From Entomortierella parvispora E1425 (Eukaryota; Fungi; Mortierellomycota), in NCBI GenBank assembly GCA_020891255.1, contig BQFW01000007.1, forward strand, positions 682,001-746,000: DNA of 64,000 nucleotides. Reading direction: 5' to 3'. Positions 22,886 through 34,000 of the stretch are shown one piece after another; positions within the stretch are counted from its first letter, which is position 1; the number at the start of each line of letters is the position of its first letter. The notes beneath the pieces were generated by a model that saw nothing but the letters and a program-made list of their open reading frames with translations, made no database searches and had not been told where the DNA came from. Position numbers and translations under genes: made by a program.

Positions 22886-25800
22886 CTAGATATATCCACC
22901 GGGGGATGGATGTTGACGCGATGGCGGCTGGTATTGCTGAGCATGATGATCAGCAAACGGGTTGTTGTGTTGGTTGTCGTTGGGATGGGCAAAAGGGTTG
23001 CCACCAGCGCCATTCGTACTTCCAGTCGATCGACGATGAGGATTTTGTCCATCCTGGTAGACTGGTGGAGGGGCCGACAACGGGCCCATGGGGTATTGCT
23101 GAGGTGGGTATTGTGAAGGAGAAGGGACATAGCCTGCAAACTGGTAGCCATTGGGGTCCTGCTTGTAATAATTGGGGTCGCTTTGCATCTGTCGTCGCCT
23201 GTCCACACATCCAGCGCAGCAACAGCTCCAGACACAGCAGAGAAACATCAGGCCGAACAAAGAAACGACTGGGACCACGATCCACAAATGATTCTTGGCC
23301 CAGGCTAAAACACCGTTCACGCCACTGCTGTACTGGCATTCACCTTGGTTGCACGAGCCTCCAAAACCACAAGATGTCCCATCCAAGAAAAAGACGCCTG
23401 GGATCTGCATGCAACTGAGTGCAGCGCCCGACGGGTCGTTACAGGTCAAGGCGCAAGAAGTGGACGCACCACATTGCTTCGTGATGCCTGGACGATCTTG
23501 TTGTTGACACTGCAGATCACGGGAGGTGCAGACACCATTGGCGCATTCCAGTCCTGAGGTGGCAGTTCCGTTGCTACCCTGGGTCGTTCCATTGCATGGC
23601 GTCTGATTCGCGAGATGCTCGTCGGCTGGGCAGGTGGCGCTGGTGCCTGAACAAACTTCTTGAATATCGCATTGCGAGATGGACGGTCGACAGACCTGTC
23701 CCTGGGGCTTCAATTTACAATTCAGACAACAGTCATCATTCAAGTCATCACAAACAGCGCCACCCTTGAGTTTGCAGGTCGTTCCATCACAGCAGGGATC
23801 CTTGGCACAATCCGCTGCCGAACCACAGTCGCACTCCTCTCCAGGCTCCTTGAGTCCGTTGCCACAGATGTTGCTTTGTGAATTTTGAGTGCTCCGAGTC
23901 CCTGGTGGCCTTAGACATTGACCGGACGAGCTCTTGATGGTGGCGCAAATGGTCTTGATGGAACAAGGAGAGAATTGCTTTGTAGCTACGGATTCTGAAG
24001 GGTTCATGATGTAGTTTGCGCCGGCATCACAAGTCGTCGTTGACAAGGGGCAACATTGACCAGTGGCGACGCCATTCGCAGCACAGGTCTGTGAATTGCA
24101 ATCATGAATGGCTCCGAACCCATGTCCAATCTCGTGAGCGACCACCATCCATTCGTTGGGCGTGATGGACGACACTCCGGTGCCGGCCGTGTATTGAGTC
24201 TGACCTATCTGACCCTTGACATCCTGGGACAGGGCCTTCATCTGACAAAGAGCTTTTGTCCAGGCGATCCCGACCACGGGGCCAGAGTTGCATTTCGTCA
24301 TGAGATGCCATAATCCTGCGCCGTCGTTGGCTCGGCCGCCCTGTCCTCGCCAAAAACTGAAGTCGCTGAGGCGCTGATCGATCGCATAGCCTACTGAACA
24401 ATCCTGGTTCCACGCTTGGCCCTGGACGGGGGTGGTAGGACAACCGTCGGGGACAATGTTGAGCGTGATGACCCCCAGGGCCACATTGAATGTGCTTTCG
24501 TAAATCCCAGAAGCAGTGTTGAAGTCTGCAAAGATTTGTTTCCGTGCTTCTGCAGCTCCCTTGTAGGAACGGACATAGGTACAATCTGCTGCCACTCCCT
24601 ATTTTTAGTCAAAGGTCAAGAATTAGAGAAAAAAACGTCGTATTCGATTCTTTTTTTTTTTTTTTGCCAAATAAAACATGAGCGACAAGATATATATGAG
24701 CTTCGTACCATATAGTTGACCATTCGGTTGGCGGGACATCCAGAAGGAACTGGGTTGGGTCCTGCAACCTTTAAAGCTACCTCTCGTTTCTGCATCAGAG
24801 GTCCATGCCTGATCACATCCGTCCATGAAGAACTCAAGTCAAAACCCGATGCCATCCGTAAACTGCTGTCGTGGAGGGTGCTAGTGAGATTGGGCGGGTG
24901 ATAGAAATCCTCGTCTGAATAGGAAATGCCTAGACCGCTGGCTTCTTTCTCGCTTTGACCCTGCAACAAGTCTGTACCACATGCAGACTCCTCTCGGGTT
25001 TGTTGATCCAGTCCACGTTTTCGACGCGCGAGATGATTTGGTCGATAAAGATCTGAATCCCGATAAATGACCAATCTCTGTCGCTCGGGGGTCGTGCGTG
25101 GGACCGCATCCTCGGATCGCTTCTGGATATGATAGGTGTCGCCCGTGCTGACATGATAGGTGTCCTCCTGAACCATAAAAGCTCCCCGCAAGAGCAAAGC
25201 ATTGCTAGAAGAAAAAAAAGTGGAACCCCGGCAAAAGTAAGAAAACCCCGTTAGTCTAAAGAGAAAGAAAAACGTTCTGCGATTGAATCAACACTCTTTG
25301 TTTTTGGTTTTTGCTTTCATCCATACTCGTCTTCTGGGTCGTGTTCGACCATCATGCGTGCCCAGCCGAGAACACCTTCCTCGTGCAACATGTGCTCCAC
25401 GGTCCTCTTTTCGGCTTTGGATGTCTTTGAAGCTCTGTCCCATTTCCGATCCGAATGATATTCATCCTGGACCACGATTCCCTTGAATGCCTTAATCTCG
25501 TGTCTTGATACAGGCCGTCCATCAGCATGGTGGCCAAGATCCGCGTCTGGGTGGATCAAATCAAGATTGGGCTCCAGGTGGAGATGGAATGTGGTGTTGA
25601 AAGCACTGAACTGTAACCGAATAGTGTCCTCCATGCGGACGAGACCTGGATCGCCTGCTAGTGGTTGTTCCGGGCTACGTTTCCCAAGAGGGGCTGTTGA
25701 GGGAGCCTTGGGAAGGATGTCATGTCGGAGGTTGAGAATGTGCTCCGAGCGAGTAATGGTTGGCCAGGCGGAAGAGTGGGCTGTAGTGTGTTTTTTATGG

Positions 25801-26100
25801 GAAAAAAGACGCAAAGGGACAAAATTAGAGGGTTGATAGGCGGACACAAAAGTTAAGCTACATTGGCCATTGACTATGTAAACGGGCTTGAAAAAAATAT
25901 GAGGGCGAGGGCGTGGGGCACAGATCTAATAGAGTCTTCATGTATCGCCATTGTGTAAGGGTCTTCATTTCTTTGTACTCACCTTGCGCCAGAGGCACGA
26001 GCATCAAAACCAATGCTGTTGACAGCAAGAGTATGCAAGAGGAGAGAGACATGCTTGTGAGACGAGCGGCGCCTCGAGGCATTGATGAAAGGAAGGTCAT
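22886..26100 (-). CDS. ADAM-family zinc metalloprotease/disintegrin, multi-exon
   Basis: Signal peptide, prodomain (FHLHLEPNLDLIHP), HEIGHGFGAIHD zinc motif, disintegrin CGNG...EECDCG...CC, Cys-rich region, TM helix and Pro/Gln-rich tail. Confidence 0.92.
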
Positions 26101-26393
26101 TATTAACTCTGAACGTTCAAAGAGAAAGATAAAAATGGGTATAAGGTGAAAATGCAGGGGTCGACCGAACTGCCAGTGGGGGGGTCCGCTGGATTGCCCT
26201 GGGGAATAGAGAGGAAGGATTCTGTCTCTTTCAGAGGCGATAGGAGGGGAACAGAGAGTGATAGAGGGGAAAGGGGGAGAGGACAAAAAAGAGATTCAAA
26301 AGAAGAGAGAGAAAAAGGTGAATGGGTCCTGAGAGAGAGATGAGACCATGGACAAAGGTGTGCCTGCAGGAGGTGAATGGGACGTTGAATGAG

Positions 26394-26463
26394 GAACAGT
26401 GAACAGTGAACAGTGACCAGTGAACAGTAGTGACCAGTGAACAGTGAGCGGGTGAAGAACAGT
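26394..26463 (+). repeat. 7-bp tandem array (GAACAGT/GACCAGT), about 8 copies
   Basis: Read directly: GAACAGT x3, GACCAGT, GAACAGT, AGT, GACCAGT, GAACAGT, spacer, GAACAGT. Confidence 0.85.
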
Positions 26464-26945
26464 GAGAGGGAAAAGCGAGGGAAGGAAGGAAAGACAGGAA
26501 GAGAACAGAGTGAAAACAAAAGAACAAGAATAACAAGACGGAGTGCCCATCATGGTCCTAGTCCAACCTATCCCTCTTTCTTTTCTTTCCCTGAAGCAAT
26601 GTCCGCCTGCCCGTCCCCTGGGAGCGGCCAGTGCTGGCCCAGGGATTTTATTGTGATTGAGACCTGGCTAATTTCGCAGTGCAAAGTGAGAGAGCGCACG
26701 CCCGAAAATAGACTGGATCCATGTGCGAGAGTGAGATTGAAATCTGACTGTCTGTCACTTCAAATCTTCAAATCGAACGCCACCAATTATTCCTGGACAG
26801 GTAACGTGACAACTTTCGAATCGAAAGGTGCTCACTCCCCTTCCCTCTCGCCCTCTTTCTCTTCATTCTCTTCATTCATTCTTTCGTTCCATTCCATTCT
26901 TCTTCTTCCCACACTTTCTCTCTTCCATACACAACCTTCTACACA

Positions 26946-27347
26946 ATGTCTTTCGCTGGCACTCCCCACAGTGGACCTCTTTCCGTCTCTGACTACTACA
27001 GCCAGGCCTTGAACGAGGCTGACGCCGGCAAGCGTCGTCGTCTCTTTGCTGACGCCCGCTCCTCAAACCCAAGCTCGTACCAGCTCTGGGTCAAGGCTGC
27101 CGAGGTCGAGGAGCACTATGGTGCAGATCAGTCCAAGCTGAAGGAGATGCTCTCCAAGGGTGTCACCGTCTTCAAGAACCCTGCTGGCTCTGGATGTACC
27201 GAGAACCACGATCACTCTGAACACGGTTTCTCTGGATCCCACGCCGTCGATAAGCACACCTGGTTGAACGAGGCCTCCTTGGCCGAGAAGAGTGGAAAGG
27301 GAAAGACTGCTGCTGCTCTCCATGAGGTCGTTGGCGAGGTCTTGTAA
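26946..27347 (+). CDS. small intronless HAT/TPR-like protein resembling an internal segment of Prp6
   Basis: 133-aa ORF with strong high-expression codon bias. Patterns LFADARSSNP...LWVKAAEVEE..G and WLNEASLAEKSG...TAAAL. Confidence 0.75.
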   Translation: MSFAGTPHSGPLSVSDYYSQALNEADAGKRRRLFADARSSNPSSYQLWVKAAEVEEHYGADQSKLKEMLSKGVTVFKNPAGSGCTENHDHSEHGFSGSHAVDKHTWLNEASLAEKSGKGKTAAALHEVVGEVL

Positions 27348-28790
27348 AGACAGAAAACAAAAAAAAACCAAGGATACCCTCAAAAACAGACAAAAACTCT
27401 TGGCAATTGGATTTTTCATTCCGTCACTTTTTTAGTTATCTTCCCACGAGAAAGTCATAGAGACAACTTTCCTCTCCATCTTTCTACATAAAAAAAGTTT
27501 TTTTTTTTGTCTGAATCTTTGTCAAATAAGCATGACCATGGGGACAGGAAGGGCAGGTGGTATCCCCCCTCAAAGCTTTTTGATCTTCGATCCTGCAATG
27601 TTGTGTAAAGCTGGACGATTCGCAAGCTTCATGCGCCAATGACGCGTTTTTTTTATCTTTATTTTTCTCGAAGGTCACAAGATCACAGCGGGAACTGTGT
27701 GGTATCCAGGACGAAAAATAAGTCGTTCGCGCGAAAAGGGACTGAAACTCTCTTTCTGCCCAAATGGAGTAAGCATGTTGTTGACGCGTCTGGTTTGGAC
27801 ACTGCTCCAAAGAAAAAAACCCATTACGTTACGCGACCTATCTGCAACCAACCACATCATCTCATGTACTACCTCCGTAGACGTGAGGCCGGGTCTTTCA
27901 TCCCTACTAGCTATGCAAGGTGACAACCTCCAAAAGAAAAAGGAAAAAAAAGTCGCCAGCTCTGCTTCCTACCTTTCATTAAACACCGAGCTTTGGATAT
28001 CTCCTCCTGCCCATCACCAATTTTTTTGACATTCCTTTAGTTCAAAGCTGCCATCGTCGCGCCTTATTTTCTCTGCGCAAGTCCCGCCAATGGGCTCGGT
28101 GACGATCATACTCGCCATCAGCAGCAGGAGAATCAGATATACTTGCATCTACTACTGCAGGGTATGTTAACAGTCAATAATTTCCCTTTCAAGAAATGGT
28201 AGACATGATACCCACGCTAATGTTGTCGTAATGGAAACTGGTGGAAACAGAATGTAGAGTGCGAAGTTGAGAGTCGTCCAAAGTAGCAGTTCGTACAACT
28301 TTCATATAAGAACATCCGCTCTTCAAGGCAGTGGCATCTTCGAATACCACAAAAAAAAACGCTGTAGGAGGAAGCGATGAGAGATGAAAGGAGACTGAGA
28401 AGAGAGTACTCAGGACGGCGAGGACTCAGGGGAGAGAACGCAAACGAGAAGCAAGTAAAAAAAATGTGAATGATGCGAGATGAAAGGATCAAGGACACGA
28501 AGACTGAAGAAAGAGAAAGCAAGGGAGAAAGAGGATGAAAGAGGCGTGATGCTTGGAAGAACCCTATTTACTGACGATACAAATGCAGGTCAATAGATCA
28601 GGAGTCAATGCCAGGCAACAGCCGCCTTCCTTGTCACTTGTTTTCCATGAGTGAACAATTTCCCTGTGGCTCAAAGGAGAGCCTTCAGAGATGTGATTAG
28701 AGTGCTGGATCCTGGCCGTTGTCGCAGTCGAGAACTGATACAAAATGGTAGGTCTGAAATGCAGAGACGTCGATTACCGCGGTTGTGTTA

Positions 28791-28825
28791 GGGTAATGCA
28801 TTCGGGTAATGCATTCGCGAATGCA
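28791..28825. repeat. 13-bp tandem duplication (GGGTAATGCATTC x2) overlapping a perfect 16-bp palindrome TGCATTCGCGAATGCA
   Basis: Read directly; the palindrome spans 28810-28825. Confidence 0.8.
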
Positions 28826-28895
28826 GACCGAAGGGCTGTAACATAAGATGGTTCGGACGTTCTTGGTGTCCTCGCTGGTGTCTTGGGTAACTTAG

Positions 28896-29307
28896 TTTTT
28901 TTTTCTATGCCTTTCTAGTGTCGACAAATGAACCTGGCCACGCACACAAGCCAGTAGACGCAGGTCTGCCAGCGTAGGATCGTCTTGGGCACCTGGACAA
29001 CGGCCTTGGAGATGGTCGGAGTGAGGTTTGCCGCATTGGCAGTGTCTTGTGGAAGGATTACACCAGAGGCATTGTCCCACGGTTGGCCCCGCTGTGCTTG
29101 CTTCTTCATCTTGGGGCGGACACCTTGAGCCTTCCCCCATGCAATCGTAACCAGATACGTACAAGGGCATCCCTGTCCAAACGACGAATAAGCTGGTGAG
29201 CAACTGAAACCACGACCGAGCGAGGGCTTTTAATAATTGGGGTCCAGGCATTGATCAAAGTCGAATGTAGCAGTACTTGGTAGGCAGTGGCGACCGAGGA
29301 GATCTGG
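28896..29307 (-). mobile_element. older decayed retroelement 3' fragment A (probable non-LTR ORF2 C-terminus); probably continues at 30216 and beyond, on the other side of element B
   Basis: Frameshifted minus-strand coding remnant: ...AHQLIRRLDRDALVRIWLR / AWGKAQGVRPKMKK / CQCGKPHSDHLQGRCPG...ADLRLLACVRGQVHLSTLER, ending in an A9 tract (T9 at 28896-28904). Confidence 0.5.
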
Positions 29308-29316
29308 TGAATTTTT

Positions 29317-30206
29317 TTTTTTTTTTCTTGTCGAAGGGTCCCTCGCAGGGGTTTATTGTCTGTTAATTGTAAGTACACATACGCAGGTGCGCCTGCTCCA
29401 CACAAGGGAAACGGACTAAGGGGGTCGTTCTGGGTCTGGCAGACTCAGGCTGTTTTTCAAAATTGCTTCTCTCCTGAGAAATAAAAAAAAATCAAAAAGC
29501 AGTCAGGCTCTGTCGTTCACCGCTGGTGTGGGTCTGAGTGTTTCCTACAAGGGCTGGTACGAGAGTCAGGCCTCTTTGGCTGCAGCGTGCGGTCCTCTCT
29601 AACTCGGTGGCCACTGGGAGCTGGGAGGCACATTCTTTCTTGTTTATTCCAGAATATTTCTGGAGGCGAAGGGAGGACTATTCTCTACAGAGCGACCCAG
29701 CGATACCTGCACGAACAAGGCGTGCTTTTAAAAAACAGGCTGTGTCCCACAGTCTAGGAAGATTCAGGCCGGTCCAGCAAGCTTGGACTGCCACCCAGAT
29801 CTGGGACGACCCCCTAAATAAAATGCTTTTGCATTGCACAACCCGTCTATGACGGCCCATGCACCCTGATTTCGTAACACCGCGACCAAAGGGCGGGAGC
29901 TTCTGGCTTGCTACAGCAAGGCCAGGTCCAGTCCCCTCTGTGGCCTTTCATGCTCGTTCGTCACTAGTTTCCGAGATCCTTTTCCAAGAAGTACTTCACT
30001 CCCCCTGTTCTTTCCATGACGTTCAACACGCGCTTTCCTTGGTATTCATCTAAGACATCTTTGTCCGCAGCCTTGTGGAGTCTCTTCATCCTTGTCGCAT
30101 CAAACCTGTCCCGGTTAAAGTTACCAAAGTTACTGTTGCTACTTCCGTGTCCGCCAGCACGGGTACTGGCTTGCTATAGCAAGGCCAGGTCCAGTCGTCC
30201 CTTCAT
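29317..30206 (-). mobile_element. 5'-truncated retroposed element B (non-LTR-like), about 890 bp
   Basis: On the minus strand it has a TT|AAAA-type target and a 9-bp TSD (TGAATTTTT at 29308-29316 and 30207-30215). It also has an A15 tail (T run 29312-29326), AATAAA about 25 nt before the tail (29352-29357), and a short coding remnant ending ADKDVLDEYQGKRVLNVMERTGGVKYFLEKDLGN* (stop 29964-29966). Confidence 0.7.
29903..30196. repeat. 31-bp hairpin-forming direct repeat, two copies (29903-29933, 30166-30196)
   Basis: CTGGCTTGCTA(C/T)AGCAAGGCCAGGTCCAGTC, 30 of 31 identical. Each copy folds as CTGGCTTGC / GCAAG-G-CCAG. Confidence 0.9.
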
Positions 30207-30302
30207 TGAATTTTTAAGCACCCCTTAATTGCACACCCTTAAGGAAACCTTAAGGATTGAGTTCTGGGTATATAAGTAATAAATAGAAACATGTCATCAT
30301 CA

Positions 30303-30374
30303 GCCCGCATAGCTCATTGGTAGAGCGTCTGCCTAGTAAGCAGAAGGTAGCAGGTTCGATCCCTGCTGTGGGCA
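30303..30374 (+). tRNA. tRNA-Thr (anticodon AGT), intronless
   Basis: Acceptor stem GCCCGCA/TGTGGGC plus discriminator A; D-arm TAGCTCATTGGTAGAGC; anticodon arm TCTGC-CTAGTAA-GCAGA; T-arm GCAGG-TTCGATC-CCTGC. Confidence 0.97.
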
Positions 30375-30387
30375 CTTGATCATTATC

Positions 30388-30403
30388 TTTTGACTTTTGT
30401 TTT
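30388..30403 (+). terminator. probable Pol III terminator (three T4 runs)
   Basis: TTTTGACTTTTGTTTT starts 14 nt after the tRNA. Confidence 0.5.
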
Positions 30404-31098
30404 GCCCCAGACCGTTGGTTGGTTTTCCAATGGCCAGGGAAGGACAGTTCTTTTGGATCGCCTATCCGTAGACCCTGCCATCCTCAAACCATCGATCGTC
30501 GACAGCATTCCTCTCTAAACTACCTCTAAATTACCACATTTTCTTCTCCTATTCGTTGTCTCTTTCATCATCGATTTGTCTTCAGAATAATAACCGACTC
30601 TTCCCCTCGCTCTATCGCCTCTAGCCTCTTGCCTCTCCAGTCGCGCCTTTAACTTGACATAAGGGCTGGCTTGTGAATTATTGTCCAATGTGTACCTAGG
30701 TTTTGCCATAAGATCCTTTTGGTTTGAGCTGCTCCGGAAATGCAAGAATACGTGTGATGGAGGAGGTAACTCCCCACAAGAACTGAGAAGGGCCAAACTA
30801 AAATAGCTATATAGATTACCGAGGAGAAGGCAACTAAAGACTGCGTATGCAGCTAGATATAATGAAGAGACGCGATCAGGATATGTCAGGAGCACAAAGT
30901 TCAAGGATAAAATGATAAATGCCAGATTACGGACAACGGCAACAGATGTGGGCTAGAAATATACAAAAAAAAAAAAAAAAAAAAAGAAAAGACGAGTGAC
31001 AATCATCTGCTTGGACAAGGCATTGACGGGTATCATGCATGGATTAGTTCGAGTAGTTTTATTTCTCTTGTATATAGAAGTTCCTAGTCGCGCCCTGT

Positions 31099-34000
31099 TC
31101 AATGGCGATCTTCAGCAGAGCGGATAAGGGATAGGAAGACCTCCTCAAGACTTGTCTGGGCGATACCCCACTGCTTGATGCGACCCTGCGCCTGAGCACG
31201 CTCCAACATGGCTGTCAGATCAGCCATCTTTTCCAAGGCCTGCAAGGGGATACCAAAGACCATCACACCTCCCGACTGATCCAAAAGGACAGACTCTGGC
31301 ACAATGGCTCTGGTGGCTTCCGAGAGCTCTTGCTCTAATTGCTTCTGAGAGGGCAAGTTGTTGTTGGAGTCGTGCACGATCGCCAAGCTGGTAGGATCTT
31401 GGACGGTAGGAATATAGTTGCCCAAAGCCAATTCGACTCTGTAACCATTTCCAAATTTGTTCTTCAGTCTGGTCGTGTTACCAATAGCCTTCAAATGACC
31501 CGAGACCATGATGGCCACCTTGTCACCGAGCGCATCGGCTTCCTCCATCGAGTGGGTAGTCAAGAGGATCGAGCGGCCACGCTTGAACTGGGCCAAGAAA
31601 GTCCAGACATGACGACGATGGATAGGATCCATTCCTGTGGTGGGCTCGTCCAAGATCAGCACTTGAGGGTCACCAATGGTCGAGATGATGGTGGACAGAC
31701 GGCGCTTCATACCTCCAGAGAGTCTTCCAGCCATGGTATGACGGTCCTTCCAAAGTTGAACTGCCTCCAATCTAGAGCGGATCCAGGTAGGTCGCTCACG
31801 GAGGTTCTCTTTGATAGCTTCCTTGGGGGTCGACTTTGAGAAGGATTCCAAAAGAGCCTCGGCAGGCAGGTCCTTAATACCGGCATAGAGCTGCAAATGT
31901 TCCCAGCACGTCAGGTCATTGAACAAGACATCGTGCTGAGGGCAGACACCCATCGAGGACCGGATCTGGGCCATGTCCGTGCGAATGGAACGGTTGAAGA
32001 GGTAAGCGTTTCCAGAGCTAGGGTCCGTGACACCATACAACATTTGCATCGTCGTTGACTTTCCAGCACCGTTTTGACCCAACAGCGCAAACAGCTCGTT
32101 CGGTTCCGTGATCAAGTTCAATCGATCCACCGCCTTGTTGACAATCTTGTTGGATCGACGGCGTTTGAGGCAGCAGCAGCAGCAAAGAGCCAGGTAGAGG
32201 TTCTTCCAGAATCCAGGGCCATTCTTAGTATAGATCTTTGTCAAGTTCGAGATACGGATCGCGACCTCGGATTGGCAATGGATGGCCTTCTCACGCTCAG
32301 CAGTGACATCGCTGTCCTCATTCTCGGGTGGGACACCCTCGTAAGGGGTCACCTTTTGGGCCTCGACCGACTTTTGACGGTCCACACCGGCCTTGCCACC
32401 ATGACGGACAAACAGGAAGGCATCGCGAATAGAGCCGAGGAAGAAGAAGAGGCTGCGGGAATGGCCATGCTCGTTGGGGATGATCTGGTCCAGGTACAGG
32501 GTCAACAAGGCAGCAATGACAACGTTGGCAAACTGATATGTCAAGCCAGAGATGGGCTGAGGCAAGATGTTCTGGATGGAAGGGTAACCTACGTCGTAGT
32601 TAGTCAGGTTGCTGAGGTGGAAACCTGGACCTGGAATATAAGTGCCAGCGGGGACCGTTGGGTTACTTCCCCCAGAAATAGTTCCGAGGGTCAATGTCGA
32701 TATCTGGGACCACAATCTTCCAAAGTGAATGAATGGGAAGAAGAAGCTCGCGATCCAGTACGTGTTCAGGGGAGGCGGGCTGTCGCTAGGGATTCCATTC
32801 GATCGATCGACATAAAGATCCAGCCAAGTGCCCGATGCCATCATGGGGACCACAATCAAGACGGCGACCACGACTGCGAATCCAAAACCCAGAGATGATC
32901 CTGTCTTTTGACAAAAAGTCGTCAACAAGAATCCAAAGATTGTCATGCTGTAAGTCAACAGGACAAACATCAGCCAGATCACAAGTCCGTTGGTGTTGGT
33001 GAAGAAATCCATCTTGAAGGCGTATCCGAGTGCCATCATGACAGAGCCCTGGACCAAGGCCATGATCCAAGCCGTCAACCATTGGCCTGTCCAGTAAGCG
33101 ACAGGTCCCAATCCCATCATCTGCATCGATTCCTTGCACTTCATTTCCTTCTCACGAGTAATGCGGAGCATGGCCATGACCATCGTAATACAGGCGGGCA
33201 AAGCCATCAAGTTGGAAAGCATCGTCGTTATGTCGTCCTTGGAACTGTAGCCGTTCTTAGTGCTGGCTTTGGGGAAGGACTTGAGGCTGTAATCCAAGGA
33301 AGCTTGGGTGTGCTGAGGGTCTAAGAACGTCAAAAGTGATTCATCCAAGGCGCGGACCATGTTGGGCAAGAGAGTGCCATAGCTGTCGTCGTTGCTTGAG
33401 ATGCGATTGTAGCCAGCCTCCTTGGTGTATTTGAATCCAGGAATAGTCGAAATGTTGGTGGCGTGGGTCATGTTGTAGTAGATCTGGTAGTTCCAATGGA
33501 TAGGGCCTCCTGCCGGCGTCTCCTTTGTAAACACAACACCTTTGATCCCAAAAAAAAAAAAAAAAAAAAGGTTAGGATTTTGATCCAAGAAGTGAAGTAG
33601 TGGTCTGGGACAGGTTCTTTACCGAGCTGAATCGTATCTGGGTTGGCGAGGGCGTAATCGTAGATGAACTGGTCCGAGGCCATGGGGACAATACCCATGT
33701 CGTTCTTGGGGACAGACATCGAGTCCCAAGCATTGGTCTCGACCGTCAGTGCAGAGCCGGTGCGGGCTTGGTTCTGAGTCTGGAAGTAGTTCATAATCTG
33801 AGTGGTCTCTGCATCCTGAGGTGCGTAGACAATGGTCATGCAGGCATTGGACAGTGGCTCGGGCTGCAGGTGAGCGGTGTGCAAGAGTCGAGGCGAGGTG
33901 TGGCAAAGAGCAGCGAGAAAAGAGCAGGGAGCGCGGCGGCTTGTCAGAGAGATTGTGGAGACAAGGCAACAGCCTTCATTTTTTTTGGATTTGCCGGGAA

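Noticed and set aside
30420-30990. A20 tract downstream of the tRNA as a possible second retroelement tail
   Set aside because: No TSD, polyadenylation signal or coding remnant found; long A/T runs are common throughout this window.
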